DNA of 63,772 bases, filler included, from an uncultured Methanosarcinales archaeon (lineage in GTDB: Archaea > Nanobdellota > Nanobdellia > Woesearchaeales > DSVV01), in NCBI GenBank assembly GCA_964593285.1. It is 4 parts of 4 records of this genome, joined end to end, with 100 filler letters (N's around TTAATTAATTAA, not from the genome) between each part and the next. Parts side by side here need not be neighbours in the genome. Positions count along the whole stretch, not along the records: positions 1 to 21,772 come from CAZQHZ010000019.1; positions 21,873 to 37,573 come from CAZQHZ010000022.1; 2 more parts are not named here. One strand, given 5' to 3'. The notes under the pieces were generated by a model. It was not told the DNA's origin. It ran no database searches and saw only the letters and a program-made list of their open reading frames with translations. This document shows, one piece after another, positions 17,910 through 28,605 of this stretch. Positions within the stretch are counted from its first letter, which is position 1. Every line of letters starts with the position of its first letter. Both the position numbers and the translations under genes were made by a program.

Positions 17910-19274
17910 ATGAAAACAAACCATCTTTTTATGGATAAAATTTTAACACAAAAAGATAGAAAAAAAAGATTAAGTGTTTTAAAAAAAGTAATAAATTCAA
18001 ATACGCCTTATTTTAAATATATATCAAAACTTGAAAATGATTCCTATTTTAAATTAGAAACCGATAGCTTATTTTTAGAGCATGTATTAAATTCTGTTGA
18101 TATAAATATTAACTCAAAGAATAGAAGAATTTATGAAGAACTTGAAAATTGGGATAGAAGATACTTAGTTAATTTATGCGACAACTTAGAAAATTTAATT
18201 GATTCTAACGAAAATAAAGAAAAACTAAAATATATAATAACAAAATCCATGGAAAATGATTTAACAGAAAGTTTAGCTAGAGCAAATTTAACAGATAAAT
18301 TTAGTAAATATAATATTCACGTATTAAATAATCTTGAAAAATTAAACATAAATGTTGAAAATTGGCTTGATAAAACAAAAAGGATACATTTAAATTCATT
18401 AAATCCAAATAACTATTTTGGCTTAAAAATAAAAAAATGGAGCCAGGATTTTAGAACTTCATACTCAATTGGTAATATTTCAGATTGCTGTATTTCTTTT
18501 GATAAAAATAAAGAATTCATACCAATGAAACCTGTTTTACTTGATTATTTTTTAGATTTATCAGTACAAATTGCACATCTTAGACGAATAAAAGGTGCTG
18601 AAAAAGAAGAAAAAATTGGACAAATTTATTTTTTAGGATTAAATTGTTTACATCCAAAAAAAAAACAAAAAAACTTTAGTAAACGTTCATGTCTTGGATT
18701 AACTAGTGTTGAGATAAAAAATAAATATAAAAAAGATTTAGATTTAGTTCCATTAATTTCTGAATCTATTATGGGATATAATGGATTTAAAAATCATTTT
18801 AATTATGATTCTGCATTATTTGGACATAGATTTAACTTATTTGATCAATACATAATTTCAAGAAAAAATGAAATAAAAGGATTAATACATTTTCTAAAAC
18901 AAAAAAGACAAAACTATACTGCAATAAGAAGAGATTTAAAACATCATGGACATGAAATTAATGAAATTAGCGATAAAATCAAATCAATTGATGAAGAAAT
19001 ACCAATAATTTCAGAAATTGTTGATGATATTTATAAATCTAAAAAATATTTTGTGAATAAAATTGGATTAATTGATGCAATTAATGCAAATGAATCATAC
19101 CTTGGGACAAATTACTTAGATTTATTTCAACAAAAAAGCCAACATGATGGATTTTTTAATGCTGAAAATAAAAAATATCAAGTTGAAGGATATTTATTAA
19201 ATGAAGTTGGAATTTTTGAAAAGATAGAAAAAACACTAAATTACTTAAATCAAAAATATAAAAAAAAGAAATAA
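17910..19274 (+). CDS. Hypothetical protein
   Basis: 454-aa ORF. GNISDCCIS segment; no family recognised. Confidence 0.7.
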   Translation: MKTNHLFMDKILTQKDRKKRLSVLKKVINSNTPYFKYISKLENDSYFKLETDSLFLEHVLNSVDININSKNRRIYEELENWDRRYLVNLCDNLENLIDSNENKEKLKYIITKSMENDLTESLARANLTDKFSKYNIHVLNNLEKLNINVENWLDKTKRIHLNSLNPNNYFGLKIKKWSQDFRTSYSIGNISDCCISFDKNKEFIPMKPVLLDYFLDLSVQIAHLRRIKGAEKEEKIGQIYFLGLNCLHPKKKQKNFSKRSCLGLTSVEIKNKYKKDLDLVPLISESIMGYNGFKNHFNYDSALFGHRFNLFDQYIISRKNEIKGLIHFLKQKRQNYTAIRRDLKHHGHEINEISDKIKSIDEEIPIISEIVDDIYKSKKYFVNKIGLIDAINANESYLGTNYLDLFQQKSQHDGFFNAENKKYQVEGYLLNEVGIFEKIEKTLNYLNQKYKKKK

Positions 19275-19277
19275 AAA

Positions 19278-19406
19278 TTATTTTTTGGTTTTTTTATTTT
19301 TATCAGCTAAACTTAAAAGATAAATAAAAACACCAAGACACATTAAAAAAATACCAACTCCAAGGGGAGAGCCCCAAGCTTCTGGACTTAATAGCGCTTC
19401 TAACAT
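19278..19406 (-). CDS. 42-aa single-TM small protein (absent from the ORF track)
   Basis: GGTGA SD; MLEALLSPEAWGSPLGVGIFLMCLGVFIYLLSLADKNKKTKK*. Confidence 0.75.
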   Translation of the reverse strand: MLEALLSPEAWGSPLGVGIFLMCLGVFIYLLSLADKNKKTKK

Positions 19407-19505
19407 ATTTACATCACCAACTATTAAATTAAAACATTAAATATTTAAAATTTTTTATATTGAAACAATTAAATATTTAAATACAAGAATTTAAAAATTC
19501 TAAAA

Positions 19506-20095
19506 ATGTTTGAAATATTAATACCTTTAATTATTTTATTTATATAATAATAGATTCACCACCAAGTTTTGTATTTTTTATTGCAAATACTTCTAAATTA
19601 ACAAAAAAAGAAAAAAGAAAAATTGCATATCTTGTAATGTTAATTGCTTTTTTTATATCATATTTATTCTTATTTTTTGGTGATTCACTAATAAATTTAT
19701 TTAATTTAGAATTAAATGATTTAAGAGCTAGAGGAGGAATTATTTTGTCTATTCTTCAAGCAAATATGGCACTTGGTTTAACTATATTAAAAAATTTAGG
19801 TAATAAAAAAGAAAAAGATGCAAATAAAGCATTAGCTACAATTATTGTAGCGCCTCTAATTAGCCGACCTAGAATGCATTACAACAATTATAATTTCTGC
19901 AATGGAATATGGAAAATTAATAACTAAAATTGCCCTAACAATTGTTTTAGTTTTAACTGCAAGTCTTTTATTTATATCTGTTTTTGTTAAAAAAAACACC
20001 TTGGAGATACTGGAATTAAAGTTTTTACAAAAATTATGGGTTTAATTACATTAACTTTTGGTATACAATTTATTATGTATAGGCTTGAATTTTAA
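19506..20095 (+). pseudogene. marC: MarC-family membrane protein pseudogene
   Basis: ATG 19506 hits stops after 13 codons. MarC-like FG..L..LF.L, GGIIL and PLI..P segments are spread over several frames. Confidence 0.7.
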
Positions 20096-21156
20096 TTTTT
20101 ACTATACCACTTTAAGAAAGGTTTTTTTAGAAAATGACAAATTGCATTTTGCCTTAAATTTAAATATTCTTCCTTATTTTTATATTTCCATTCATCATGT
20201 TCTAATTCATAACCTTTAACATTTAATTGATGCATTAATTGATAATAAATTCCTCTTCCTGGAGCCATATTAATATCACCTAAGCAAACCCAGCTATCTT
20301 TATCTTTAACAAAATCAATGCCAATAGATTGCATGCCATAATTACTACAAAATTCACCAATTTTTGTAGAATAATAAATTAATTCAAAAGGAAGTCTATC
20401 ATCAATTTCAAGTTTAAAAAGTAATTCATTATCTTTTTTTGAATTATTTTTATTTTCAAAACCATAAAATGGCAGTGGAATAAATTTACTATAATCTAAA
20501 TTTAAAATTTTTTTAGATTTTTTATCAATTCTAAGACATGCTGCAGTAATTTTACCAAAATCAACATTCATTCTAACACAATATGGAAAATTTAAAACTG
20601 AAGTTATTTCTTTTTGTGCAACATAGTGTTTTTTCCAATCATTTAACGAATTATCATAATTAAATGAATTAGTATAAAAGATATTTTTACTCATTCCTCC
20701 CCTTGCATGTTTTACAAATGCAGATTCACCTAATTTTGCTTCCCTTGGTACTGGAACGTTTAATTTATGTAAAAAATTTTGAGCATTAATTTTATCAGTT
20801 AAATCAAATTTATATAAATCTCCTGTTGGTTTTACTTGTGCTGTTTTATTTGGATTTAGTGATGAAGAAATCATTCGCTCGATGTGAGAGCGCCCGTTTG
20901 ATAAAAAATTTTTTTTGTCAATGTTAAAATTTGCTTTACTATCTGGATATGAAATATTTTTTTGCTTATACATTTGTAACTGAAAATCTAATGCATCATG
21001 AACTGTAAAGTTATCAAATGTAAAATCAGAAAAACACATATCATTAATTTCATTATTAGTAAATATACTATATTTTTCACCAATATCTTTAATCAAATGT
21101 AACATAGTTTTACCATGTGTTGTTTTTGAATGCTCAGGATTAAAAGTGAATTTCAT
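20092..21156 (-). CDS. Divergent ATP-grasp-fold protein
   Basis: DK...FL..L.VPVP, FVKHARGGMSKNI, VAQKEI, GIDFV, DINMAPG. Confidence 0.6.
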   Translation of the reverse strand: MKFTFNPEHSKTTHGKTMLHLIKDIGEKYSIFTNNEINDMCFSDFTFDNFTVHDALDFQLQMYKQKNISYPDSKANFNIDKKNFLSNGRSHIERMISSSLNPNKTAQVKPTGDLYKFDLTDKINAQNFLHKLNVPVPREAKLGESAFVKHARGGMSKNIFYTNSFNYDNSLNDWKKHYVAQKEITSVLNFPYCVRMNVDFGKITAACLRIDKKSKKILNLDYSKFIPLPFYGFENKNNSKKDNELLFKLEIDDRLPFELIYYSTKIGEFCSNYGMQSIGIDFVKDKDSWVCLGDINMAPGRGIYYQLMHQLNVKGYELEHDEWKYKNKEEYLNLRQNAICHFLKKPFLKWYSKN

Positions 21157-21233
21157 ATTTTTTTTAGAAAAAAAGATTAATTTATAAACTTTATTATTTT
21201 TGTTATTAAATAGTAGTAATTAACTTATAAAGT

Positions 21234-21447
21234 GTCAAATGTCGGTTACATATCTCACACTCGTCATTCATGGCTCATGTGTGTGACGACCTTTATTTTC
21301 TAAATTGGGTCACTTTCTTTTCTTGACTCTAAAAAGCCTGAAACTCAGAATTTTTAGATTGTGAGTGTCTTTAAATGTTTTATAAATTTTGTCAAAGAAA
21401 AATGGCTTAAGGGAGTTTCTCACTGGACATTTTGACCTAAGCTATTT
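21234..21447. other. Structured intergenic element (candidate ncRNA or MITE)
   Basis: Nested inverted repeats, e.g. gtcaaatgtc/gacattttgac, tcgtca/tgacga, tctaaaaa/tttttaga. Higher GC than the flanks. Confidence 0.35.
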
Positions 21448-21473
21448 ATAAAAAATATATAATAGTATCAAAT

Positions 21474-21772
21474 ATGAACAAAATTTCAGTTAAAGGAACA
21501 TATATTTCAATTATTGAATTTAATAATGAAGATTATATTTCTCTAACAGATATGCTCAAAGCTAAAGATGGCTATTTTTTTATTTCAGATTGGCTTAGAA
21601 ATCGAAATACAGTGGAATTTCTAGGGATATGGGAAAAAGTTTATAATCCAAATTTTAATTATGGCGAATATGCCACAATTAGAAATCAAGCAGGATTGAA
21701 TAGCTACAAGATTAGTATAAAAGAATGGGTCAAAAAAACAAATGCTATTGGTCTAAAAGCTACTACAGGAAG
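21474..21772 (+). CDS. KilA-N domain protein, truncated at segment end
   Basis: DYISLTDM, WLRNRNTVEFLGIWE..YNPNF, AGLN, WV..TNAIG. Confidence 0.85.
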
Positions 21773-21872
21773 NNNNNNNNNNNNNNNNNNNNNNNNNNNN
21801 NNNNNNNNNNNNNNNNTTAATTAATTAANNNNNNNNNNNNNNNNNNNNNNNNNNNNNNNNNNNNNNNNNNNN
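21773..21872. other. Artificial joining spacer N44-TTAATTAATTAA-N44
   Basis: Six-frame stop linker. The identical construct occurs three times. Confidence 0.95.
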
Positions 21873-23269
21873 TATTACCTCTTTTGTTTTTATTTAATTT
21901 ACTTATCCTAATTTATTTAATTTTTTTAAATAAAAATATTTTGATTAAATTATTTAAGAAAGTTGATCTTAAATGCTGGATTATTTTATTTTTAATAATT
22001 GCTTTAGCATTAATAATACGTTTACAAAGCCCTGTATCTCATAATATGTTTATCGATGAACATATTTATACTGAAACCGCAAAAAATTTATTAGAAAATT
22101 TTGAAAATAATCATGACAGACTTATTGGTTGGCCAATGATATTAGCATTTGTGTTTTTTTTTACAGGAGTTGATAACATAATTGCAATTTATGTAGGCTT
22201 ATTTTTTGGAATTTTAATTATTCCTTTATTATTTTTTTTCTTTTTAACTATTTTTAAAAATAAATATTTAAGTTTATTTGCAACATTTATTTTTTCATTA
22301 TTTCCATCTTTTATTAAATGGGGATTTTCAGCTGAAACAAATATTTCAGCATTATTTTTTTTAATTCTTGCTTTTTGGTTTTCTATTATTTATTTAAATA
22401 ATATACATAATAAAAATTTACTATGGCTCTCTTTAATTTCTATTTCTTTTGCATCACATTTTAGACCAGAAAATATATTTTTAATAATTATTTTTTTTAT
22501 TGGTTGTTTTTTATATATAAAAAAAATTAAATCCTTTTTTTTAACTAATAAATTTATTTTTTTTTATTTTTTTTTATTAACTTTTTTTAATTATATAAAA
22601 GTATTTTATTTTTATCTTTTAATTGAGAAAGCAGATTTTAATTTGTTAATTGAACATACTTCTTTTAATCTATTATTTCTATATCCTGAATATATCTTTT
22701 CTCAAATGAATTTTTTTACTATTAAATTTATTTTTATTATACTACTTATTTTCTCTTTAATTGGTATTTTTTATATTTACAAATTTAATGATAAAAAATT
22801 ACTTTATTTACTTTTGAGCTGGTTTATAATATATTATATTTTTATAATTGCAATGAGCCCTGGACAAATTTTAGAAACAGGAGCAATTGATAGATTTACT
22901 ATGTCATTACTACCTATTTTTTCTATTTTTTTAACTTTTGGAATTTATTACATTTTTAAAAAAATTAAAAAATTTAAAATCATACAAATTTTATCTTTTA
23001 TATTTTTAATAATTCTTTTTGGATTTTATTTTAATTATTTTAATTATTTTAATTATCATGACAACCAAAAGGCACATTTATTAACCCATATTTATAAATT
23101 TGCTGAAAAAGATTTTTCCCATAATTGTACAATTATGGCTTTAGAACCTATTATTTTTATTTCAACAGATTTTAATATGCTTAATGTGCACGATTTATAT
23201 TTTAATCTTAATGATTTAGAAAAAATTTTAAAAAATTTAGATACAAAGTGTTTATTATTTTTTGAAGAT
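21873..23269 (+). CDS. GT-C (ArnT/PMT-like, GT39-type) membrane glycosyltransferase, partial at both ends
   Basis: LIIRL...DE..Y...AKN, FRPE, many TM helices. Bounded by the spacer and an N gap. Confidence 0.75.
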
Positions 23270-23371
23270 NNNNNNNNNNNNNNNNNNNNNNNNNNNNNNN
23301 NNNNNNNNNNNNNNNNNNNNNNNNNNNNNNNNNNNNNNNNNNNNNNNNNNNNNNNNNNNNNNNNNNNNNAA

Positions 23372-24010
23372 TTAAATTTTACCATTTTTTAGAAAATTTT
23401 CCATTTCTCTCTCTGATAAATGATTTGTTCTTTGAAATCTACGTCTAAATCTTTTACTTTTTTTCCAAAAATAAAGACCAAATAAAATTCCAGAAAACAT
23501 CCCTGCAAGATGTGCAAAATGAGCAATTCCAGGAATTATTTGTAAAAAATCTAGTATTACAAGTAAAATACCAGCAACCCAAAGAGGCATTGGAATTACA
23601 AACATTAATAAAATTTTCAAATTAGGCATTAAAATAATTAATGCACCAATAACACCAAAAATTGCACCTGATGCACCAAGTGCTGCAGGATAAATTAAAC
23701 TTGAAATAAATGATGCAAAAATCCCACAAGTTAAATATAATGATAAAAATCTTTTACTTCCAATCTTACTTTCAAGTAATCCACCAAACATATAAAGAAT
23801 ATACATATTAATTAATATATGAAATAAACTACCATGTAAAAAAATTGAAGTTAATAAAGTCCATGGTCTATTAAAATAATCACCTTTTGCAACGAAAAAT
23901 AATTCAGTAAATCCATCAAAATTTTGTAAAAGAAAACAAATTATATTTATCACTATAATTATTGGAATTATCCTATTTATTCCTAATTTTCTTAAAAATC
24001 TATTTAACAT
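23372..24010 (-). CDS. Rhomboid intramembrane serine protease
   Basis: PWTLLTSIFLH, HILINM, GASGA, AHLAG. Confidence 0.93.
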   Translation of the reverse strand: MLNRFLRKLGINRIIPIIIVINIICFLLQNFDGFTELFFVAKGDYFNRPWTLLTSIFLHGSLFHILINMYILYMFGGLLESKIGSKRFLSLYLTCGIFASFISSLIYPAALGASGAIFGVIGALIILMPNLKILLMFVIPMPLWVAGILLVILDFLQIIPGIAHFAHLAGMFSGILFGLYFWKKSKRFRRRFQRTNHLSEREMENFLKNGKI

Positions 24011-24178
24011 AATTATTTGAAATAAATAAAACTTTTTAATATTATTGTTTTTATACTTTAATAAAAAAAGGAATATTTTGAAAAAATTTAATTAAATGTT
24101 TTTAAAACTTTGTTATAAATTATGCCAAAAAATTAATAAATGATGAATCCTTCTAATAAAATTAAAGGAGTTGATAAA

Positions 24179-24607
24179 ATGAAAATTGAAAATGGAAATA
24201 AAGTAAAAGTACACTATGTTGGCACTTTTGATGATGGTACAAAGTTTGATTCTTCAGAAGGAAAAGAACCATTAGAATTTACTATTGGTGAAAAAAAAGT
24301 AATTCCAGGTTTTGAAAATGCATTAATTGGAATGGAAAAAGGCGAAGAAAAACAAATTAAACTTCTTGCAAATGAAGCATATGGAGAAAAAAATCCACAA
24401 ATGGTGCAAGAAATTCCAAAAACAAGCTTGCCAAAAGATCTTGAAGTAAAAGAAGGTATGATGTTAATGCTTAAAACACCAGAAGGACAACAATTACCAG
24501 CAAAAGTTGTTGAAAATAAAGAAACCACAATTATGCTAGATATGAACCATCCTTTAGCTGGAAAAAATTTAAACTTTGACTTAAAAGTTGAAGAAGTTGT
24601 ACAATAA
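24179..24607 (+). CDS. slyD: FKBP-type peptidyl-prolyl isomerase (SlyD/SlpA-like)
   Basis: VHYVG..DDG..FDSS, IPGFE, EAYG, DMNHPLAGK.L.F. AGGAG SD before ATG 24179. Confidence 0.9.
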   Translation: MKIENGNKVKVHYVGTFDDGTKFDSSEGKEPLEFTIGEKKVIPGFENALIGMEKGEEKQIKLLANEAYGEKNPQMVQEIPKTSLPKDLEVKEGMMLMLKTPEGQQLPAKVVENKETTIMLDMNHPLAGKNLNFDLKVEEVVQ

Positions 24608-24611
24608 TTTT

Positions 24612-25472
24612 TTATCTTTTACTTTTTTTATTATTTTTTTTTTGTGTTTTTCTTTTTGAATTTGTTAAATCTGAATTTACATATTCATTAAAACCAGATT
24701 CTTTTGAGAAAAATTTAACAACTTTAGGATTTGGTAGTTTTGTTAAAATTCTAATACCTCTTAAAATTTTAATCGCTCTAAATAATTTAAAGAATCTAAA
24801 AAATGTTTCAAATACCATAATTGGTGGAAATGTTGCTAATATATCTAACCAACCTGTTTTTAAAAATAATTTAAAATTACCAACTTTATAATAAATAAAA
24901 AATAAATCTGCTAAAAAAATAAACCAAATAAAAAAATCTAATGCATTTAATAAAATGATAAAATTATTATTTAAAAATTCTAAAAAAAAAGATTTTAAAA
25001 CAAAAATAATAAAAATAAATGCTACACTTATCAACACAATTTGATTCCACATATAATTAAATGATTTTTCTTTTTTTACAGTTTCTTTTTTTGTAAAATT
25101 TAATTCTAAATCTGTTTGTGAAGCACTTTTTAAAATGATTTTAAATGAAACAATAAATGCTGCTGCTGAAATTAAAAAAACAAAATTGAGAATAATATTT
25201 CCTAAAATTCCTTTTAAATTATATAAAAAAAATAATTCATCCACCAAAAATATTTTAAAAACTAATAGAGAAATTATAAAAACAACTGAAGATAAAAGAA
25301 AAGATTTTTGTTGTTTTACTGAAATATTAAAAAAACCAACAAATAACCCCGTAAAAATAATAAGTAATATTAAAAAATTTTTCAATTGATCATCTAGATA
25401 AAAACTTCCCCCAAATAACGCAAGTAAACTACCTAAAAGGAAAAAAAACATACTAAGTTTTTTAATCAACAT
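24612..25472 (-). CDS. Membrane protein: 4-TM N-domain plus voltage-sensor-like (S1-S4) domain, no pore
   Basis: IF..DL (S2), GWLDILATFP (S3), RFFKLFRAIKILRGIRIL (S4). No TVGYG or S5-S6 follows. Confidence 0.7.
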   Translation of the reverse strand: MLIKKLSMFFFLLGSLLALFGGSFYLDDQLKNFLILLIIFTGLFVGFFNISVKQQKSFLLSSVVFIISLLVFKIFLVDELFFLYNLKGILGNIILNFVFLISAAAFIVSFKIILKSASQTDLELNFTKKETVKKEKSFNYMWNQIVLISVAFIFIIFVLKSFFLEFLNNNFIILLNALDFFIWFIFLADLFFIYYKVGNFKLFLKTGWLDILATFPPIMVFETFFRFFKLFRAIKILRGIRILTKLPNPKVVKFFSKESGFNEYVNSDLTNSKRKTQKKNNKKSKR

Positions 25473-25570
25473 TAATTAATACACCTCTTTTTATAAATTA
25501 TACAAACAATATTATTTAAATGTTTTGTCAATTTTTAGCAAATGAATAAGTAAATAAATAAATAAATAAA

Positions 25571-26896
25571 TTATTTTCTTCCAATTCCTTCGTATGTAAA
25601 CCCCATTTCATTTAATTCTTTTGACTCATAAATATTTCGACCATCAATAATTAAATGATTTTTCATATTTTTCTTTATTAAATTAAAATCAGGATTTCTA
25701 AATATATCCCATTCTGTTAATAATAAAAGAGCAGATGAATCTTTTATTGCATCTATTTCTGAAGTTGAAAATTCAATTTTTTTAAATAAATTTTCATCTA
25801 ATGTTTCTTTTAATAATTTTTTTGAATTATCCATTGCAATTGGATCAAAAACTTTTAAATTTGCACCTAAATCCAACAATTTTATTATTACTTCAATTGA
25901 AGGTGCATCACGTATATCGTCTGTTTTTGGTTTAAACGAAATACCCCAAAGAGAAATAATTTTATCTTTTACATCAATATGATTTAATAATTTATCCACA
26001 ATTAATATTTTTTGTCTTTGGTTTATCAAATGAACACTTTCAAATAATTCATTTGGACAGTTATTTTCTTTTAAAGTTGAAGTTAATGCTAATACATCTT
26101 TTGGAAAACAACTCCCACCATAACCAACCCCTGCTTGCAAAAATCTTGAACCAATTCTTGAATCAAGACCCATTCCTCTAGCAACTTCTTTTATATCTGC
26201 ATCAACCTTATCACATAAACACGATAACTGATTCATAAAACTAATTCTTGTTGCAAGCATCGCATTTGATGCATATTTAGTTAATTCTGCACTTTTTATA
26301 TCAGTAAATACTATTGGCCTAGTTGATCTTTCAATATCTTTATATACGTTAGACATTAATTCTTTTGCTTTTAAACTATCAACACCAATAACAATTCTGT
26401 CTGGAGCAGAAAAATCTCTAATTGCCATACCTTCTTTTAAAAACTCAGGATTTGATACTACATCAAATTCAAATTTTTCATTTAAATTATCTTTAATTGT
26501 TTTTTTAACTTTTGATGCTGTTCCAACAGGAACAGTGCTTTTATTAACTATTATTTTATATGAATTAATATGTTTTCCTATATTTTTTGCAACATCTAAA
26601 ACATATTTTAAATCAGCATCACCATTCATTGAACTTGGAGTTCCAACTGCAATAAATATAATTTCTGAAGATTGTATAGCATTTTTTGTATTAGTTGTGA
26701 AAAAAAGCCTTTTTCCAATAAAATTTCTATCAACTATTTCTTTTAACCCAGGTTCATATATTGGAATAATTCCTTCATTTAATTTTTTTATTTTTTCTTC
26801 ATCTATATCTAAACATATTACTTCATGTCCTAAATCAGATAAACATGCACCTGTAACTAAACCAACATATCCTGTTCCAATAACTGTTATTTTCAT
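25571..26896 (-). CDS. ugd: UDP-glucose 6-dehydrogenase
   Basis: GTGYVGL, AVGTP, KSTVPVGT, SNPEFLKEG, GYGGSCFPKD, FKPKTDD.R, DGRN. Confidence 0.95.
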   Translation of the reverse strand: MKITVIGTGYVGLVTGACLSDLGHEVICLDIDEEKIKKLNEGIIPIYEPGLKEIVDRNFIGKRLFFTTNTKNAIQSSEIIFIAVGTPSSMNGDADLKYVLDVAKNIGKHINSYKIIVNKSTVPVGTASKVKKTIKDNLNEKFEFDVVSNPEFLKEGMAIRDFSAPDRIVIGVDSLKAKELMSNVYKDIERSTRPIVFTDIKSAELTKYASNAMLATRISFMNQLSCLCDKVDADIKEVARGMGLDSRIGSRFLQAGVGYGGSCFPKDVLALTSTLKENNCPNELFESVHLINQRQKILIVDKLLNHIDVKDKIISLWGISFKPKTDDIRDAPSIEVIIKLLDLGANLKVFDPIAMDNSKKLLKETLDENLFKKIEFSTSEIDAIKDSSALLLLTEWDIFRNPDFNLIKKNMKNHLIIDGRNIYESKELNEMGFTYEGIGRK

Positions 26897-27047
26897 TAAA
26901 TACACCTTTTATTTTTTATTAATAATTAAAAATTAAATTAATTAATATTATAAAAAGATTATGTTTTATTTTTTTCTATATAGAAAATAAATCAATTATT
27001 TTGTTAAAAACCATAATATTTATAAATAAATCAAAAAACCAATATAA

Positions 27048-27164
27048 TGTGAACGGTCATAGTGAGCTGGTAACACCCGTACCCATTTCGAACACGGAAG
27101 TTAAGAAGCTATACGTTCCAAGTTGTACTGCGCTTAGCGCGGGAAACTTGGTTAGCTGTTCACA
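27048..27164 (+). rRNA. rrf: 5S rRNA, stand-alone (no 16S/23S adjacent)
   Basis: Terminal helix tgtgaacgg/ctgttcaca, conserved CACCCGTACCCATTTCGAACACGGAAGTTAAG, GTACT and GGGAAA. TATA at ~27019 and a T-run after the gene. Confidence 0.95.
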
Positions 27165-27246
27165 CTTTTTTTATAATTCTAATTAATATATGTAAAATTA
27201 ATATAAAAAAGTTAATTATTTAAATATTAAATAATATAAAATTTTT

Positions 27247-28038
27247 ATGATTAAAAATAATTTTAGAAATTTGTTTTTTAAAACAAATTCTAAGCAAAAT
27301 AAAATTTTTGATATTGTTTTATCAATTTTAATTATTCTTAGTATTTTTGTAATTATTATTGAAAGTGTAGATGAAATTACTACAAAATATTATAAAATTC
27401 TTTTGGGACTTGAAATTTTTTTTACATTAATTTTTTCAATAGAATATTTATTTAGAATATATTTTGCAAAAATTAAAAAAGATTATATTTTTAGCTTTTA
27501 TGGAATAATTGATTTTTTATCAATTATACCTTTATATATTAGTTTAATTATTCCTGGTGCTAAAATTTTATTTACATTAAGAATATTAAGATTATTTAGG
27601 CTACTTAGATTATTTAAAACATTTAAAATATTAGAAAAAACGTTTAATTTAACAAAATTAATTAAAAAAAGTATTCCAATAATTATTTTATTCATTATAT
27701 CGGTTTTATTTACAACAATTATTTTTGGATCAATTTTATCAGCTGTTGAAAAAAATGAAGATTTTGATAATATACCAAAAGGAATTTATTTTGCAATTAT
27801 TACAATTTCAACTGTTGGATATGGTGATATAACACCTGAAACTTTTTTTGGAAAAATAATAGCATCAGTTATTATATTTTTAGGATATGGAATAATTGCA
27901 ATTCCAACAGGTGTTTTAATTCTTGAATTAATTAAAAAAAATAAAACCACAAAAAAAATAAAATGCAAAAAATGTAATTATTCAATTGATAAAAATTCAA
28001 AATATTGTAAAAATTGTGGAATAAAAATTAAAAATTAA
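27247..28038 (+). CDS. 6-TM voltage-gated K+ channel with C-terminal Zn ribbon
   Basis: S4 LRILRLFRLLR, selectivity filter TVGYGD, CKKC...CKNCG. Confidence 0.92.
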   Translation: MIKNNFRNLFFKTNSKQNKIFDIVLSILIILSIFVIIIESVDEITTKYYKILLGLEIFFTLIFSIEYLFRIYFAKIKKDYIFSFYGIIDFLSIIPLYISLIIPGAKILFTLRILRLFRLLRLFKTFKILEKTFNLTKLIKKSIPIIILFIISVLFTTIIFGSILSAVEKNEDFDNIPKGIYFAIITISTVGYGDITPETFFGKIIASVIIFLGYGIIAIPTGVLILELIKKNKTTKKIKCKKCNYSIDKNSKYCKNCGIKIKN

Positions 28039-28598
28039 TTTTTAAAAACCATTTCTATTTTATATGTAATTATTGCATCATAATCTTCAAAACATTTACC
28101 ATAAACTTGAAAATTACAATCTGGATCTATTGTTTTATCACAAGAAGTACTAGTTTTTGTTTCATAATATTTAACATCACCTGTTGCAATAATTTTATCA
28201 TCTGTTTTATGTATTATATTAAAACCATCCATATGTGGCCCATATTTTTTTGTTTGACAACCAAATGAAAAATCAGCACCACCAGTTGATTTTTTAGATG
28301 TTTGTAAATTTAAATTATTACCAACAATTTTTGATGAATCGCAAAAAAAACAATTTTTTAAAATTGATTCATTTAATAATTTTAAATCTTGATTTAATTC
28401 TAAACACTTACCAGATAAAGAATCAATTATTACTTCAATTATTTTTTCAGTATAATCATTTATTGTTGAATTAAAAAATTGATTAATTGTAATTCATTCA
28501 TTATAATTATTATGAATATTATGATCCATTATATCACAACCACAAAGAAAAATAATTAAAATTAAACTAAATAAATATTTTTTATTTAAATTACCAAT
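28035..28598 (-). pseudogene. Lipoprotein pseudogene (ATT instead of ATG, one in-frame TGA at 28494-28496)
   Basis: Frame of ORF 28035..28232 extends upstream to a signal peptide KKYLFSLILIIFLCG-C, interrupted by one TGA. Confidence 0.6.
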
Positions 28599-28605
28599 TT
28601 AAAAA

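Noticed and set aside
27001..27186. 61-aa ORF
   Set aside because: Overlaps the 5S rRNA.
28494..28496. TGA recoding (Trp/Gly/Sec) suggested by an in-frame TGA
   Set aside because: TGA terminates rpl39e and the GCS2 ligase, Trp is encoded by TGG in conserved genes, and this ORF also lacks a normal start. A pseudogene is simpler.
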